Shown one piece after another: positions 38,321-52,405 of a stretch of DNA of 64,000 bases. The stretch is from Camelus dromedarius (Eukaryota): positions 65,412,001 through 65,476,000 of the forward strand of contig NC_087436.1 of NCBI RefSeq assembly GCF_036321535.1. Direction: 5' to 3'. The position numbers were made by a program, and so were the translations under genes. The stretch's first letter is position 1, and each line of letters opens with the position of its first letter. The notes beneath the pieces are model-generated. The model worked only from the letters and a program-made list of their open reading frames with translations. It had not been told where the DNA came from and searched no databases.

Positions 38321-38739
38321 AGTTATTTATCTTATCAATGACTATGTCTCTCTTCCCGCCTCATATCTTCTAACTAGATTTGTAACACTGATTCTCCTGC
38401 TAGCTTTCTATTCCTTTCTTAACAGACTATAAAATGTATCAGCTATAAGCTCTTGCACCTTTTTTATTCCTGTCAATTTCCCTATTATGGTTAGCTGAGA
38501 AAAGTAAAGCTTTACCTTTATAACAGTATTTTCAAGCTTGAGTAAAGTTTACTTTAATTACCAGTGACAACCACAAGACTGACGTAGGTCTCAAGGCTTT
38601 CATCCTTCATTTTAATAACCAGTAACATATTCTATAGCACCATATGGACTTAAAACACAAAGACTGTTATGAATTGTAGAGTTGTTCATAAATAATACTT
38701 GTATTTGTAAGATGTATATTGGCTTCTCTTTGGATAATA

Positions 38740-39365
38740 GCCTTTGGATGACAACTGTTGAAGCAAGGGAATCACTGTCAGAGTCAAGGTGAGAGATGAT
38801 GGCGAGGGTGGTGGAAGTGCTGAGAAAGTATAGGCAGACCTTGGAGATACTGTGGATTCAGCTCCAGATCACTGCAGTAAACCAAATATCGCAATAAAGT
38901 GAGTCACATGGATTTCCTGGTGCTTATAAAAATTATATTTATACTATACAGTAGTTTATTAAGTGTGCAAATAGCATAAAGTCTAAAAAACCTTAATTAA
39001 AATATTTTATTGCTAAAGATGCTAACCATCACCCTAGCCTTCAACGAGACCATCTTTTTTGCTGGTGGAGGATTTGAAATATTTTGAGAAATATCAGAAT
39101 GTGACACAAAGACACAAAGTGAGCAAAGGCTGTTGGAAAATTGGTGCTGGCAGATTTGCTCAACACAGGGTTGCCACAAACCTTCAAACTGTAAAAAATG
39201 CAGTATCTGTGAAGTGCAATAAAGTGGAGCACCAAGAAATGAGGTGTGCCTGTATCAGACAGAGGCCATAATTCGAAGCAGGCACAACAGAATTTTCTGA
39301 TGGATTGGATACAGAGTGTGAAAGAAAATGGGATTCAAGGCTGATTTCAAAGGTTTAAGCTTGAT
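38740..39365 (-). mobile_element. L2 fragment interrupted by Tigger MITE
   Basis: gtcaaggtgagagatgatggc...ggaagtgctgagaaag on the left and caacagaattttctgatggattggatacagagtgtgaaagaaa on the right are collinear L2 antisense sequence. Confidence 0.55.
38831..39252 (-). mobile_element. Complete Tigger1-derived MITE (Tigger1a_Art-like)
   Basis: Both TIRs present (taggcagaccttggagatac ... aaatgaggtgtgcctg), with TA duplications at 38829-38830 and 39253-39254. ~420 bp. Confidence 0.9.
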
Positions 39366-40754
39366 TAATTCATTTTTGTCTAAAAATACTTGAAATAAGT
39401 GATTCATAAGGGTTACACACCCCAGACACATATATTCAAAATATGTACTAAAAGCAACGTTATCACTTGTCTTTTTTTTTTGTCTGTCATGTCTTGCCTT
39501 GCTTGAAACCTGATAACTGCTCTATTAACATAATAGTTGCTCTTGGATTTTCAATAGATATGGATGATGAGTATTAAAACATCTATATTCCTCATATATT
39601 ATAATTCTTTCCTGTGAAGAAATTAATATTTGGGGGAAAGTACTAAAATAAAAAATTCTATGCCCAACCCTTTCATCCTTTACTTTCTAAGTAAAGGGGA
39701 TGCAGGAAGGACTAAATTATGGTAGCTGGGGGATAAAAAAACAGGATGCCAGTAGCAGAGAACACAGGGAATATTCTGGGGTAGAGGAGATATGGCAGAG
39801 GCCACTGTGGTGTGTCTCATGGACATCACCATGAGAACCTGAGGATAAACTGGATAAAGAGCTCAGATCCTATATTGATTGCTATTTAATTCAGTTAAGT
39901 ATTTGTCAATAAGCTTGTATAAATATAAATATATCACATGTTTTCTGACCTCATGAACCTGCCATCTAATAGGTGGAAAGAGCGGGAAGAGAGAACAGAT
40001 TTATCAACACATAATTTTGATATAATTTCCTGAGTGATAGGCTATACACATTTAGCATGCTATATTTGCTTATGATTTTTCATCACATTTTATTTATTTT
40101 ACTTTCTGTAAACCTTCAGTGTAGCATTATTAATCACTACAAACAGGCCTTGGGATTACTGTGGGCAACTGAAGAGCTTTTATGTGTCTATACTTGAGTG
40201 GTCACTGCTCCTTGTTCCTCTTTTGAGGCAGGAACAGTGGTAGCCCTATTTTATCAAGAAGGGATACTAATCTTGTATTCACAAGGATTTAGTAGTCAAG
40301 TATTGATGATTAGAAGAGTAAATAAGAATAAAAGATAAGAATGTACACAGGATAAATACTTTTATTCCTTTTGTCCCAATTATATCAATGGAAGGGGATC
40401 CTGGAATGGAGATCATATGTGTTCTTATATGAATGGAGGTTATTAAAGTGGCTATTGGTGTTACAATTATAAACAACAATAATCATTAAAAGTTATTTCA
40501 TACTTACTAGGAGCAAGTATATCCATTATTTTAATTATTTCTCACAACAAACCATTTATTTCTTTCCATAAATACTTGGAATTCAAGGTGCCTTCTAGCA
40601 GTGCTGGGATTGGCTTAAAAAACATAATACAAAATATCACTATAAGATGCAAAACTGAGCATTCTCACCTGCGGTAATAACGTATTATGTTTTTTTAAAT
40701 ACAATAATCTCAATTTTAATTAATTAAATTTTGATTATTTGTTAAATGTTGCTT

Positions 40755-41045
40755 TTTTCCACTTGATTCTTAGCTCTGTAATGGCAAAAGCCGTATTTGT
40801 CTTGGTTACTGTTGTATCCGCTATACCCATAAAGCAAACGTTTCATAAATATCTGTGGATTAATGGATGAGTAAAGTAAGTAAGTAAGTAATAATACAAT
40901 GAGATATTTATCACTATCTGCATTCTAGACAGGAGGAAAGAGCCCAAGTTTTTGCTCAACTTTATATTAAGTGACAAAACTAGCACTTAAAAGTAGGACT
41001 GAAAAATCCAGACTCTAATATCTTTTATTCTACATGATGCTTTAC
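40755..41045. mobile_element. L2 3' terminus followed by MIR remnant
   Basis: tagctctgtaatggcaaaagccgtatttgtcttggttactgttgtatcc...taaatatctgtggattaatggatga; cattctagacaggaggaaag. Confidence 0.45.
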
Positions 41046-42582
41046 CATCCCTCAGCTCATGGAGATAGATGGCAAGACACTGTCAAAGGTGACCATATAA
41101 TTCAGTTAAAAAAAATAATAGCAGCAATAATTTATCCAAAGTCATTATATACCAGTTATGATGCAAAATTGCTTGGCATGTACTTGGTAATTGAGAAGGA
41201 CGTCAAGGTCATTTAAACTACTCTATTAACTAAATGGCAGAATGGATCATATGGAATCCTTGTTCATGCAATCTGTGAAGTCAACATAGGCACCCATAAA
41301 ATATAGTCAGTGTGAGTAATAAATGGTGTTTATGAAAAGAAAAAGCATTCTCCCAAGGCAAAATAACTTTTTTCTTCTCAATATCTTAAGAGTCTATCTA
41401 AATAGCTGATAGTCAAAGCATGTGGATAGTCAGCAAATGACAGAGCAGAGTAGAGGGTTAAATCAGAAGCTTAGTTAGCATGTAACTCTACTTGATTGTC
41501 CAGGAACAAGCCTTCAGGGATAAGTCTTGACAGCAGAAATGGAGCAGGACACGGAACAGAGAAGGTGAAGCGCCAAGCCCACTACATAACATAAGACATG
41601 AACAAGAGCTTCAAAGGAAAACAAAATAATACATCTTTCTATATAACAGACAACAAAAAGCAGACAATAAATTGCAGGCACCTGTCACAAAACTAACAAA
41701 CAAATACAAATTAATAGATTTAATAGATTTTAAAAGATACATTAACAGCCAAGGTACAGTATGGAAATACAATTACATAATAAAAATATGAAATAATGTT
41801 CAACATTAATGATAAACACATCAATAAAAAAGTAAAAGAAAAAGATAAATCGTCTTAAACATACTGAATTAGGAAGTATTTAAATGAACAATATTATTCA
41901 ATGTCACACTGTTTGTGGTGAGTAAAGGTTCCCACATCCCCAGCTTTGGAGTAGAAATTATTACACTAATTTAGAAAAAATGATGTGGCAATGAGGTATC
42001 AAGATTGCTAATAAGATTTTGCCAGGTAATTTCACAAGTGGGAATTTAACATATATAACTAATTAGCATATTAGTATACCAATTAGTAGAGTTAGTATAT
42101 TAATATCAAAGTTTTCAGTAATCTAAATGAAAATGATTCCTATTAAGCTAAATCTCAATCAGCTGTGAAGGTAAAATAATGTAGTTTAAATATATACACA
42201 TTTTAAAACACTTGCTACTATACACACTTTTACAAAATAAGACTATAGGAGGTAGTGTGAGTGAATCAAAAGATGATGTGCCATACATAGAAATTCCCTT
42301 GATTATAGAGAAGGGAGTTCTAGAAATGCAGCAGTGCAAGATGACTAAAGTGGCATAGATTCCAGATTGGATTAAGAATCTGGAATTTCCAAAAGGGATG
42401 AATCCTAGTAAAAATGAAACAGATAATTTGCCTGGTATGTTTTCCCAGATTAAGAAGTGTTTTAGAAAATGCAGGAAAGTCTGGCATTAAATTATTAATG
42501 GGTAAATAGAAAACTAAAGACAAAAATATAAAGCTATATTAACCTCAGAAAGATAAAAGTTATATCATAAATTTATGAATAC

Positions 42583-43032
42583 TGTAGTGGGTTGATGAAT
42601 GTCTTGAAATAAATATCCATGCAGAATATCAGAATCTGATCTTATGGGAAGTAGAGTCTCGTGCATGCAATTAAGTTAAGCATAAGGACAAGATCATACT
42701 GGATTAGGATGGATCCTACTTTCAGTGAAAATGCTCAAATAAGAGACAGAAAAGGACACAAAGAGAGACACAGAGAAGAAGGCTATGTGAAGATGGAGAC
42801 AGAAATTAAAGAAATCCATCTACAAGTCAAGAAATGCCAAAGATCGCCAGCAATTACTAAAAGTTAGAAGAAACGCTTGGGATGGTTCTTCCTTAGAGCC
42901 TTTAGAAGGAATCAACCCTACTGACTCTTTGAATTCAGGCTTCTTATTTCCTGAACTGAGAGAATAAATTTCTGTTGTTTTATGGCATAAATTTCATGGT
43001 AATTTGTTATGGCAGCCTTAGGAAACTGATAG
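42583..43032 (+). mobile_element. MaLR solo LTR, MLT1C-like
   Basis: tgtagtgggttga...agatcatactggattaggatgg...gaaggctatgtgaagatggagacaga...gagaataaatttctgttgtttt...gttatggcagccttaggaaactgata. Confidence 0.85.
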
Positions 43033-43699
43033 TCTCCTATTCATTCTATTTGTAAATTTTACTTACAACTATGATTTATCACTCGCTTTATATTGTTATA
43101 ATTAATATTGGGAAATGTGGGTGATTGACATCTGTGTGCATATCTGGGGAGACTGATGAAAGTATTCAGTCTTTGTCTTCCATATGGAATGTGGACAGAG
43201 GCTGGCTAGATCTTCATTAAGCACATACGCTTTCTGGCAAACAGCTAAGCATCTATCTGCAGTCTTTTTATAACTAGAAGGGGGTCACACGACTATTTCT
43301 GTGTATGGAATAGGCCTCAGGTGATGTACAACATTCCCCCATCATACTCCTAAAAACATGCTATGCTTTACAACCCTCTCCCTCACTTCTTCCTTCATTA
43401 ACCAGTCTTGTAGACAATCGAGATAAGGCTTCTGAGCTTTTGCTTGAGATCACATGTCAGCAGAGAAACAGCCAGGAGACCTATTCAACTAGGATCGTAT
43501 AATTTGAACTATGCACGAGTATGATTATTTATTATCCACAGGGAATACGTAACAATATTTTGGATGTTATTGATTAAAAATAGATTTTGTGGTAATGGTA
43601 GGGATTTATCAGCAAGGTTCAACAAGAAAGATCATGTGATTGCCCCATCACTTATGATTTTGTACCGAGGTATACTATAGCTTCTTGGAAATGGAGTTG

Positions 43700-44190
43700 T
43701 TCAGCAACTCTAGCATTGTTTGCCCAGTAATGTGTCTTTGCCTATTTCCAAACTCAGCCACCTTGCTTTCCCTTCTTAATGAGGGGGTTGCTGTTCCCTT
43801 AAGCAGAAAAACAAAGTGGTCACTTGCAGTACAAATAGACCACATAGATCTAAGATGCTTGGGGTAAGGTAGCAGCTCTTATTGGGAATTCACTGTAGTT
43901 ATAGGCTGCTTAGTTTTTGGAAGAGTTGGAGACTTGTAGGCATTGCAACTTGTTCTAACAAAGAAAATGAACAAGGCCTGAAGCATGGGAAGTTGAATTT
44001 GAATACAGTCCCTGCCACAAGAAGAAGAGCGGTGGCCTGAGTACCAGTTGGCTCTTGGTATAGCCAACCAACAAGGAACTCCAAGAACCATTTTTGGAAA
44101 ATCTTGCTTAGCACAATGCAACTAATAATTTTTTGATCTTATTAAGCTTTTGAGATTTGGAGACTGTTGATTAAAACAGTTATACTTCTC
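43700..44190 (+). mobile_element. Old MaLR (MLT1) LTR
   Basis: Ends cttattaagcttttgagatttggagactgttgattaaaacag, a typical MLT1 3' end. Confidence 0.45.
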
Positions 44191-45506
44191 TGAATGATAA
44201 GAGAAATATTTAGATAATTTCTTAAAATGAAAGATCAACAGTATCATTACACTGTTTAAACTTCTAGTTAAAACCAGAAGAAAATGCAGAAACAGCTAAC
44301 AGATTTGGAAGTGGCTGATTCTTCAGAGTGGGGCAAAGGGGAGAAAGGAGGGCTCTGGACAGCTGGGTTTGTGTCATAGGCCTCATAGAACTGTTTGATG
44401 TTGAAACCCTTATTCACATTTTGCTTTAATAGCAAGCATTATATTTTAATGGGAACAAAATATATTTATAACAATTCACAAAATTAAAAGCATTCACACA
44501 CTCTTAATTCTAATACAGAAGGATTATATATATTACTCAATATCCAAATACTGGACTACTACAGAGCTAAATATGATAATTTTCAGTTACTATGAGAGGG
44601 GTAGTGTACTAATTATGAAATAGAATTACTAATTTTTGTTGATGTGTACTAGCAGAATAAATTCTATGAAAGTATACTAAATGTAACTTAGTATCTCTCT
44701 TAGACATAGATTTATGAATTATTTGTTTATAAACATTTTGTTATTTTCCAAATTCTGCAATTCCATCTAATCATGTATTATGTGTGAGATTTAGAAATAA
44801 AGGGGTTCTAAATTTTCTTTAGAGAAAATCATCAGGCTAGTAATTGAATGAATGGCTATTAATGGCCAAAAAATGACTATCATTGAAAGAATAGCATATT
44901 TAGATCTCCTCCACTTTTCCTAACATTTTATATATATATTTTTGATAGTTATACATGGAAGAGTGGTTTGTTGAATGGAGCACTGAGTTGCTAAGACCAT
45001 TATGTCCTGCTTAAAGAAAAAGTGTCATTTACTTCCAGATGTCTTGCATTTCTGCCACGTATTTGTTGGTTTGTTTGTTTTACTAGAAGATGCTGAGTAG
45101 CTCACCACATGAGGATTCTTTACAACTAAATGGCAATCAAACAATTCTTAGTTTTGATCAAGGACATACTTATTTAGTATTTCTGCATTTCCAACGAGTT
45201 ACACTATATCAATAGCTAGATGATGTGACATTTTGCAAGGATGTAACATTCTTAAATGCTTTGTTTAGTCTTCTCAAATTAAGAATAATATCAGTTAAGC
45301 AACCCATATATTTGGATTTAGAAAATGGTCTAATACAATTAAAATATAAAATGTGAAAGGAAGTAATCACATTAACAATGAGACTAAGCCTTCTCAGAGA
45401 AGATGTATACTAATAACTAGGGAGGGAAAAAAATCAATAGGAAACATCAGTTACTTAAAACTTCAGAATCTGTAGTGATGCATGGAAAGGATACAAATTT
45501 CAATAC

Positions 45507-45600
45507 AAGAAGGAAAGAAGGAAGGAAGGAAGGAAGGAAGGAAGGAAGGAAGGAAGGAAGGAAGAAAGAGAGAGAGAGAAAGGAAGAAAGAAAGAAAGAG

Positions 45601-45683
<83 letters not shown>

Positions 45684-45710
45684 GAAAGGAAGGAAGGAAG
45701 GGAGGAAGGA
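45507..45710. repeat. Compound polypurine microsatellite (GAAG)n-(GA)n-(GAAA)n-(GAAG)n
   Basis: About 200 bp of uninterrupted purines, seen directly. Confidence 0.98.
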
Positions 45711-48700
45711 TTTGTTTATCTGAATACTGAATGAACTGTAACATTGCATGCAGTGCTGGAAGTTAGCATAATAAAGTCATATTTAAACTAAACAGTATTT
45801 ATGCATTTCAAAAGTCCCATTTGGAAATTTGCTTGTTTGATCCTTTGCCCATGTATTATCTATTAGAGGACTGTCCTGACTAATTATCTTAGAGCCAAAT
45901 AAATCCATCAGGCTTTACATTCCCATTAACTATGATGCTTTTAACTGCCCCAGTTCTCACCCTATCGTCTCATTTATTTCCTCTGTTACCCTCATTCACA
46001 CGTTACTCTGGATTTGCTATTTTCTAACTCAATCTCACATTAATTCACTTTATGAAAATTTCCTTGTGCCATCCGGAACCCCTCTTTCATTGCTATTATC
46101 ATCAACTTTAAAAATCTCAGTTTCTTCCTGCTTAATGCTTTCCTTTCCTGACCTCGTCTGGAACCTAGGTCTCTATAAGCTTAATCATTCCTTTTCTACC
46201 TTAAGTAAAACAAATAAAAAAGTCTCATGTCTTAGGCAGTTCATATATAACATCTCCTTAATTTACTGTTATCTACTACATTACTTGAATATCTTGCTAC
46301 TTAAACTGTAACCTTCCTCTCTGACCCAGTCTGTCCATCATCCTAAGTGGTTCTATGCACATTGATAAATTCAATATTCAGCTGTGTCAGTTCCTTAGCC
46401 TCCTTTTAAAATAAATTTGTATGTATTTCGATTTTCCCCCTTTCCCCCTTCCCCATTCCCTTAGTGATAGCATGGATCTTGTCTTCACTTGAATCTTTTC
46501 TATCCAGAAACAGTTAATCCAATCATTCTGTTTTCTATTTGTTGTTTCTTTGATTTTTTAGTTTTTCACATTACTAGGTTTCATCTACTTCTTAAAACCT
46601 CATGTTATTAAATCTCTTGATAATTTCTCCCCAGTTGTGACTTCTTTCCTTACTGGCACGACCCAGCCTAGACTCCAAGTTTCATGACTGTAACTGCTCT
46701 CTGGTTGATGTTTGTTTTATTTGCCCCACTGTGCTGCTGTTTTCCCTGTTGGGTTTTCTACCAGCATTGCCTGAAATTTACATATATAATCATGCAGGCT
46801 AGTAAATCTGTAAATCTGTGGTATTCAAAGCCTGCATGACTCTCCTCTTATTTTCAGAAGATGAACTTTCTTCTTATGTCACAAAGAAAAAGATGAATGA
46901 GGAGCAGAACATTCTTACCTTGACATTATAGAAGCTATGTGTTTAGTTTGTGTTAAAAAAAAAAAAACAACAAAACTTTTGTTTGAATGCAGAATTTTCC
47001 TAACATTCAATTTTCTTATGTCTATGCCCTTATAGTCCCACTCTTTGTCTAGAATTCACAAACTCTTTAACATATCCTCTGGTGCTAGTAAGGAATCTAT
47101 CCAGGATGATCTTTTCTTTTAATTCCACACATTCTTCTCAGCCATTTCCAAATGGGAATCATGCAACTTATGAATATCTGTATCAGTATCCCTGACAATA
47201 TTTTAGCATTACCAACCAAATTATAAAAAATTAGAGACACTTTGATAGTACAAATTATTTAGGTATATAGATCATAATCTACAGTTTTAATACCAAAATG
47301 AGGAAAAATAATCTAGTTTTATAAATGTCAAAGCTATTTGCTAAGTATACAATAAGTTATAAAATATACAATATGTTGGGTTAGTATGTAACACATCTGG
47401 TAATACATTTACGGTAACATAAACAATGTGTGTAGGTGCAAGTGTGCGCATGTGTATATACACACACACATATTCAATGTTCAATACCATGCATAATGAT
47501 GAACTTTGAAAACAGTCTCATTATATATTATAATATTTAAGTATAATAATTTTTCTTTTATTACTTGATTTTTTCAAGTATTGATCAAAATAAAATAAAA
47601 TGCCTTTTATATTTAACTATTAAGATACTCACTGAAAACGAATTAAAGCATTTCTGAAAGTTTTCATCTATAATAATTTTATGAATACCTTAAAATTCAC
47701 CAATAATATGAACTAGAAATTATATCTTACTTTGTTCCAGTCTGAATTTTTTTGAACACCGTAAGATGTTCATTATAATTTTATTGAAAAACGTGGTTGT
47801 AGATTGGTAGGTATTACAGATTCAAAGTCTAAATTAACTACATATTCATTACATGCAAGTTGTATATGACTCATTAAGCCTGTATTTGTTAATTTTCTAC
47901 CAGGGTGCTAGTGTTTAGCTTGGGAGCCTAACACAAGTGGTAGCAATAGCATAGTCCCTGTTACCATCTTGAGTTTTATAAAGCAGAAAATCAGTGATGC
48001 ATATTAAATAACACAGCTCCATAAAAATTTGTGTTTATGGAAGTGGCTTTTTTCCTCTTGTGGATTATGTTGAATAAGCTACACAAACACAATTATCATT
48101 CACTCAGATAAAAATGCCTGTCTTCTGCAGGAGCCTTAAATAAAGTAGTTTAAAAGTTGGCATGATTTTGATAATGTGATGGGGAAAAATATTCTTTGTG
48201 TTGCTGGGTAAACCTCTTTGGAACAAATGGACTTGTGATACTATGATAAAAAGAAGTTTACAAGAATAATAGTGAGAATGTATTACTCTTTTTGCTTGGG
48301 AGAAGTAATGAAATACTAAGATTTTATAAAAAAAGATGTACTTTTTTTCTTTGTTGATGTCACTACTGGAAATAACGTGCTTAGAACAATAATTGCTTCA
48401 GAGAGCTGGGAATGTCAGGCTCTGGCAGATGTCAGTAATGTAATTCTTTGATGTAAGACAGATTTTTATAGTTTCCATTTCTACTGGAAGAGTTTTCTCA
48501 ATGTGAACATGCTCCTGAAATATAAAGAGTGAAATTATAGATTTCCTTTTCACTCAAGCAAACAGTTTTAAAACCATACAAACACAATAAATTTCTCTTT
48601 AAAAAATGGAACAGTATCGGAAACTCCAGTTTAGATAATGTATATAAAACTTTTCTTTGTCCCATTTAAAGGCTTTTTTACTGAAGGCTTTAGAATAAGG

Positions 48701-49164
48701 AAGCCCTGCTTTTTAATTTTATGAGTTAAAGAACTCTGCAACCTTCAACACCAGGCAACAGGACAAGAGTATATAAAATAATTCAGTAGCACGATGAAGA
48801 ATTGTTTGCAAAAAGAGAGCCTATTAAAAGTTCGTATAAATTTAATCTCTCTTATAAAATTTAAATTATACAATGCCATAGAGTATGAAAGGCAGCATTT
48901 GAAAGTCTCTTCTTACTACCTCCTCCCTGTCAGGTGGACAAGTGCTGTCTGACTCCCTCTGTGAAAATCTTCACAGTTTCTGTCAGGTTACCCTGTTCAC
49001 ACAATGTTCTTTCAAAGGTTCTGGTGGTAACAGCTTAGTAGCCTACTGCCCCCTCTTTTATGTTTTTTCTAAATCTTCTTACATATTGAAAAATAGCCTT
49101 TTTATTATATTATCCTCAATTATTCAATTTTGTTGTGCTATGAGTTACTTGTGGGGAAACTTAT

Positions 49165-49340
49165 ATATGTGTACATAACTGTTTACATTATATTTCATTG
49201 TATATTTTTATTATTTTATATAATACAATCATATATTTATATTATATTATATATTTAATTATTTTATATTTATATGTAGAAATATTATATTATACATGCT
49301 ATCTATATATAAGTTATATACATACACATATATATATCAT
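49165..49340. repeat. (TA)n-derived low-complexity tract
   Basis: atatatttatattatattatatatttaattattttatatttatatg and similar. Confidence 0.8.
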
Positions 49341-50984
49341 CTATGTCTCTATTTTTCTCAGGCTCTATTTTTCCCAGTCTTTTCTAATACAATAGGTATT
49401 TATACAGTGTAAATTAGCTCACACATGATTAGAATGTATGGGAAATACATGTCATTATAAGCAGAATTCCCTGGTTTTCATATGTGGGTTTTCATGGGCA
49501 ATGTTTGCAGAATAGCAGAAATCATATTATATTCTTCTTTAGGAAAGAAAAAAAAAACAAAACACTTAGATTTTTACTGTGTAACCTAAGTCTTCACCAT
49601 CCCCACTTCTTTAAAGTATTAGGATTCTAAACATAAGTTCAAAATTTGTATGAGTGAGGGTGCTCATTTTTTACTGGTGACAGCAAATATATCTCCAGGA
49701 TAAGATATAGATATAATTCTTTCCACTGATCCTCTCCATTACCCTGACTTGAGATAGTTTTTTTCCCACCTCAAAATAGCAGGTAGCAGGGAATCCCTTT
49801 CCTAAGAAGTTTGTGTGATTCTGTTCTTAATGTTGCAAAGGGAATGATGTTTTGAAAGAAAAGGGACAACGATAGTAGTGAAATTTCACCTACATACATC
49901 TCAGGGAAAAAAATCTTATCTCCAATCTATTGTTTAAAAAAAAATTCTACGAAGATATAACCTTGCAAAAGTATCTCCTAAACAATAAAAGGTCAGGTTT
50001 TAGAATTTAGACTTCTCCCTGGTGGCCCTGTGTTGTGACCGCAGGCTGACAGAATAAGTGGAAAGCATTTCTAAGCTTTTGAACAGATAATTACTAACTC
50101 TGAAATCCCAATATTATTGTTTTATACCTAAATGGCAGATCTTACTCTTAAGAGTCAATTCCACTTAACATTACAATGTACATGTCTGAACTTTTGACAC
50201 AGACATTTAAAAAACTCAGTTAAATAATTATCAGTATAAAATCCACAAGTCCTGACTCCTTTTTTCTTTTACAATTTTTACAAGCTTTCTTTCTTTGTGT
50301 AGAAAATCCATTCATTTTATCTGGCTCCTTTGAATTTTCATTAGTGTTAATTATACCAGTGCAGTACAGGAATATCTTTTCTGATAAAGTACTGTCAGTT
50401 GTGACAAGTGGAAAGTGACTACAATAACTAAACTTGTTTCCCAAATTGAATTTGCTTACTGTGTCTTCTGATTGTTATGACTGTGGTTGTCACATTTTAT
50501 ACACTGACAGTAATCATTACATTAGAAAGAAAAGATTATCTTAACAAGTGCATTAATTAAGATTTTAAGGTTACTCACGAGTCTTGCCCTGCCTCTTCTC
50601 ACACTAAATTGCACAACTGAGGCACGGCTTCTCCAGGTTTAGAGATTTATGGCTGGCCACAATTTCAGGGAAATACACAAGAAGGTTAGTGCAACAAACA
50701 ATAGACCTCCCTACTCCAATTGTTTCTAAACCCTTAACTAATATTGAAATGAATATTGAAATGAATAAATCATATGTATATGTGTGATTCACAGTATATT
50801 GTTTGATACATAATAGAAACTTCAGAAATAGTGTCCAGTTTTTCTTGAAATGTAAGTTACATAAAAATAGTTGTAAAATTAATGAATAGCATAGTAAATA
50901 AACAGTTTACTATGTTTATATTACAATCATTTCAACCATTTTGATAAATACCTGCCTATTCAAATATATAATGAGTCTTTATTA

Positions 50985-51180
50985 TATGTTATTTATTCAG
51001 TCATTCAAAGGTATCTATTGAAGATCTAGTACGTGCCAGACTCTTTGCTAGACACAAGAAATACATTGGTGAGTAAAGCCTTTATAATCCTAGGAGTTTT
51101 GGAGCTAATATTGTTTGGGTAGAATGATCAAATGATCCCTGACATACATTTATAATTATAGATTATAGTAAGTACTACAT
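50985..51180 (-). mobile_element. L2 3' end
   Basis: atttattcagtcattcaaaggtatctattgaagatctagtacgtgccagactctttgctagacac. Confidence 0.6.
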
Positions 51181-51952
51181 TACAATATTTGCAAAAATTA
51201 GCTAAAGCTAAAAAGAATGTTTGGACAACAAATTTTGAAAGAATTTTTCTATTGTGATGGGTTAGTCCTGTTTTCAAACAGACTTTTACAATTATATTTG
51301 TTCTTACTTAAGCCAGTATAAATTTCTTTTTGTTGTTTAAAATTTTACTAACAGAAACTTAAGAGTGGCATTTCCATATGATTCTTGTGAGATATTTTAT
51401 TAAAGTTATGTCATATTATTTTACCCATTTGCTCATTCCATACACATCAGATTACCAAGTATTGAGTATTTAATGTTTATTAGGAACTGATGAAAGCCCT
51501 AAAGATACAGTCTCTAATAGAGAAATGAGTTCGCCATGATTATGGTAGTTGTATTCTAGTAGATGAAGAAATGCAGTCAACAAAAACCCAAGAGCTATAA
51601 TACATAAAATTCCGTCCACTGAGGAGATTTTCCTTCTTTGACACTCATTAGAACCACTTATTGAGTGAATTAATAACACCACACCTATCCATTTTAAAAT
51701 AGTACCGGCTTACAAATTAAGGGCCATTTATAACCAGAGTTAATGTGTCCCACCTCAATTAACTATTCAAGAGGATTTACCCATGACACCATGGATGTTG
51801 AGGGGAGAATGACATTCTGTCAGTACAAGTCAGCCTGGGACTCTGTGACACTTGCTCATTAAAATTCCAAGTGCCTTCAGAACTACCACTTATTTAAAAT
51901 TTTAAATTTGAATTATTTAAAAAGAATAAGTGATTATTTTCCTGGTATACTG

Positions 51953-52405
51953 GTTTTATTAATCAAGGTTCTCCAGAGAAACAGAACCAATAGGATTCAA
52001 TAGGATGTGTGTGTGTGTGTGTCTATATACATGTATATATGGGGGGGCAGATTTTAAGGAACTTTGTCATGGGATTATGGAGGCTGTTAAATACAACTTC
52101 TACAGGGTAAACTGGCAGTGTGGAGACTCAGGGAAGAGATGATATTTAAGCTCAAGTGGGTAGGCAGTCTGCTGGCAGAATTTCCTTTTCTTCTGGGGAG
52201 GTCTTTTCCTATTAAAGCCTTCAGCTGATTGAATGAGGTCCACCAACATTATGGATGTAAACTGCTTTACTCCCAGTCTACTTACTTAAATGTTAATCTC
52301 ATCTAAAGAAAATACCTTCACAGTAATATTCAGAGCAGACCAGGATTTGACCAAATAGCAGGGTACTGTGGCCCAGACAAACTGAAACACAAAGGTAACC
52401 ATCAT
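51953..52405 (-). mobile_element. ERVL solo LTR, MLT2B/MLT2D-like
   Basis: tattaatcaaggttctccagagaaacagaaccaatagga, internal (TG)n, gccttcagctgattgaatgaggtccacc...aaatgttaatctcatcta...aaccatca. Confidence 0.85.

Noticed and set aside
45447..45749. Lys/Glu/Arg-rich and Phe/Leu/Ser-rich ORFs
   Set aside because: Artefacts of translating the stop-free (GAAG)n/(GAAA)n microsatellite.
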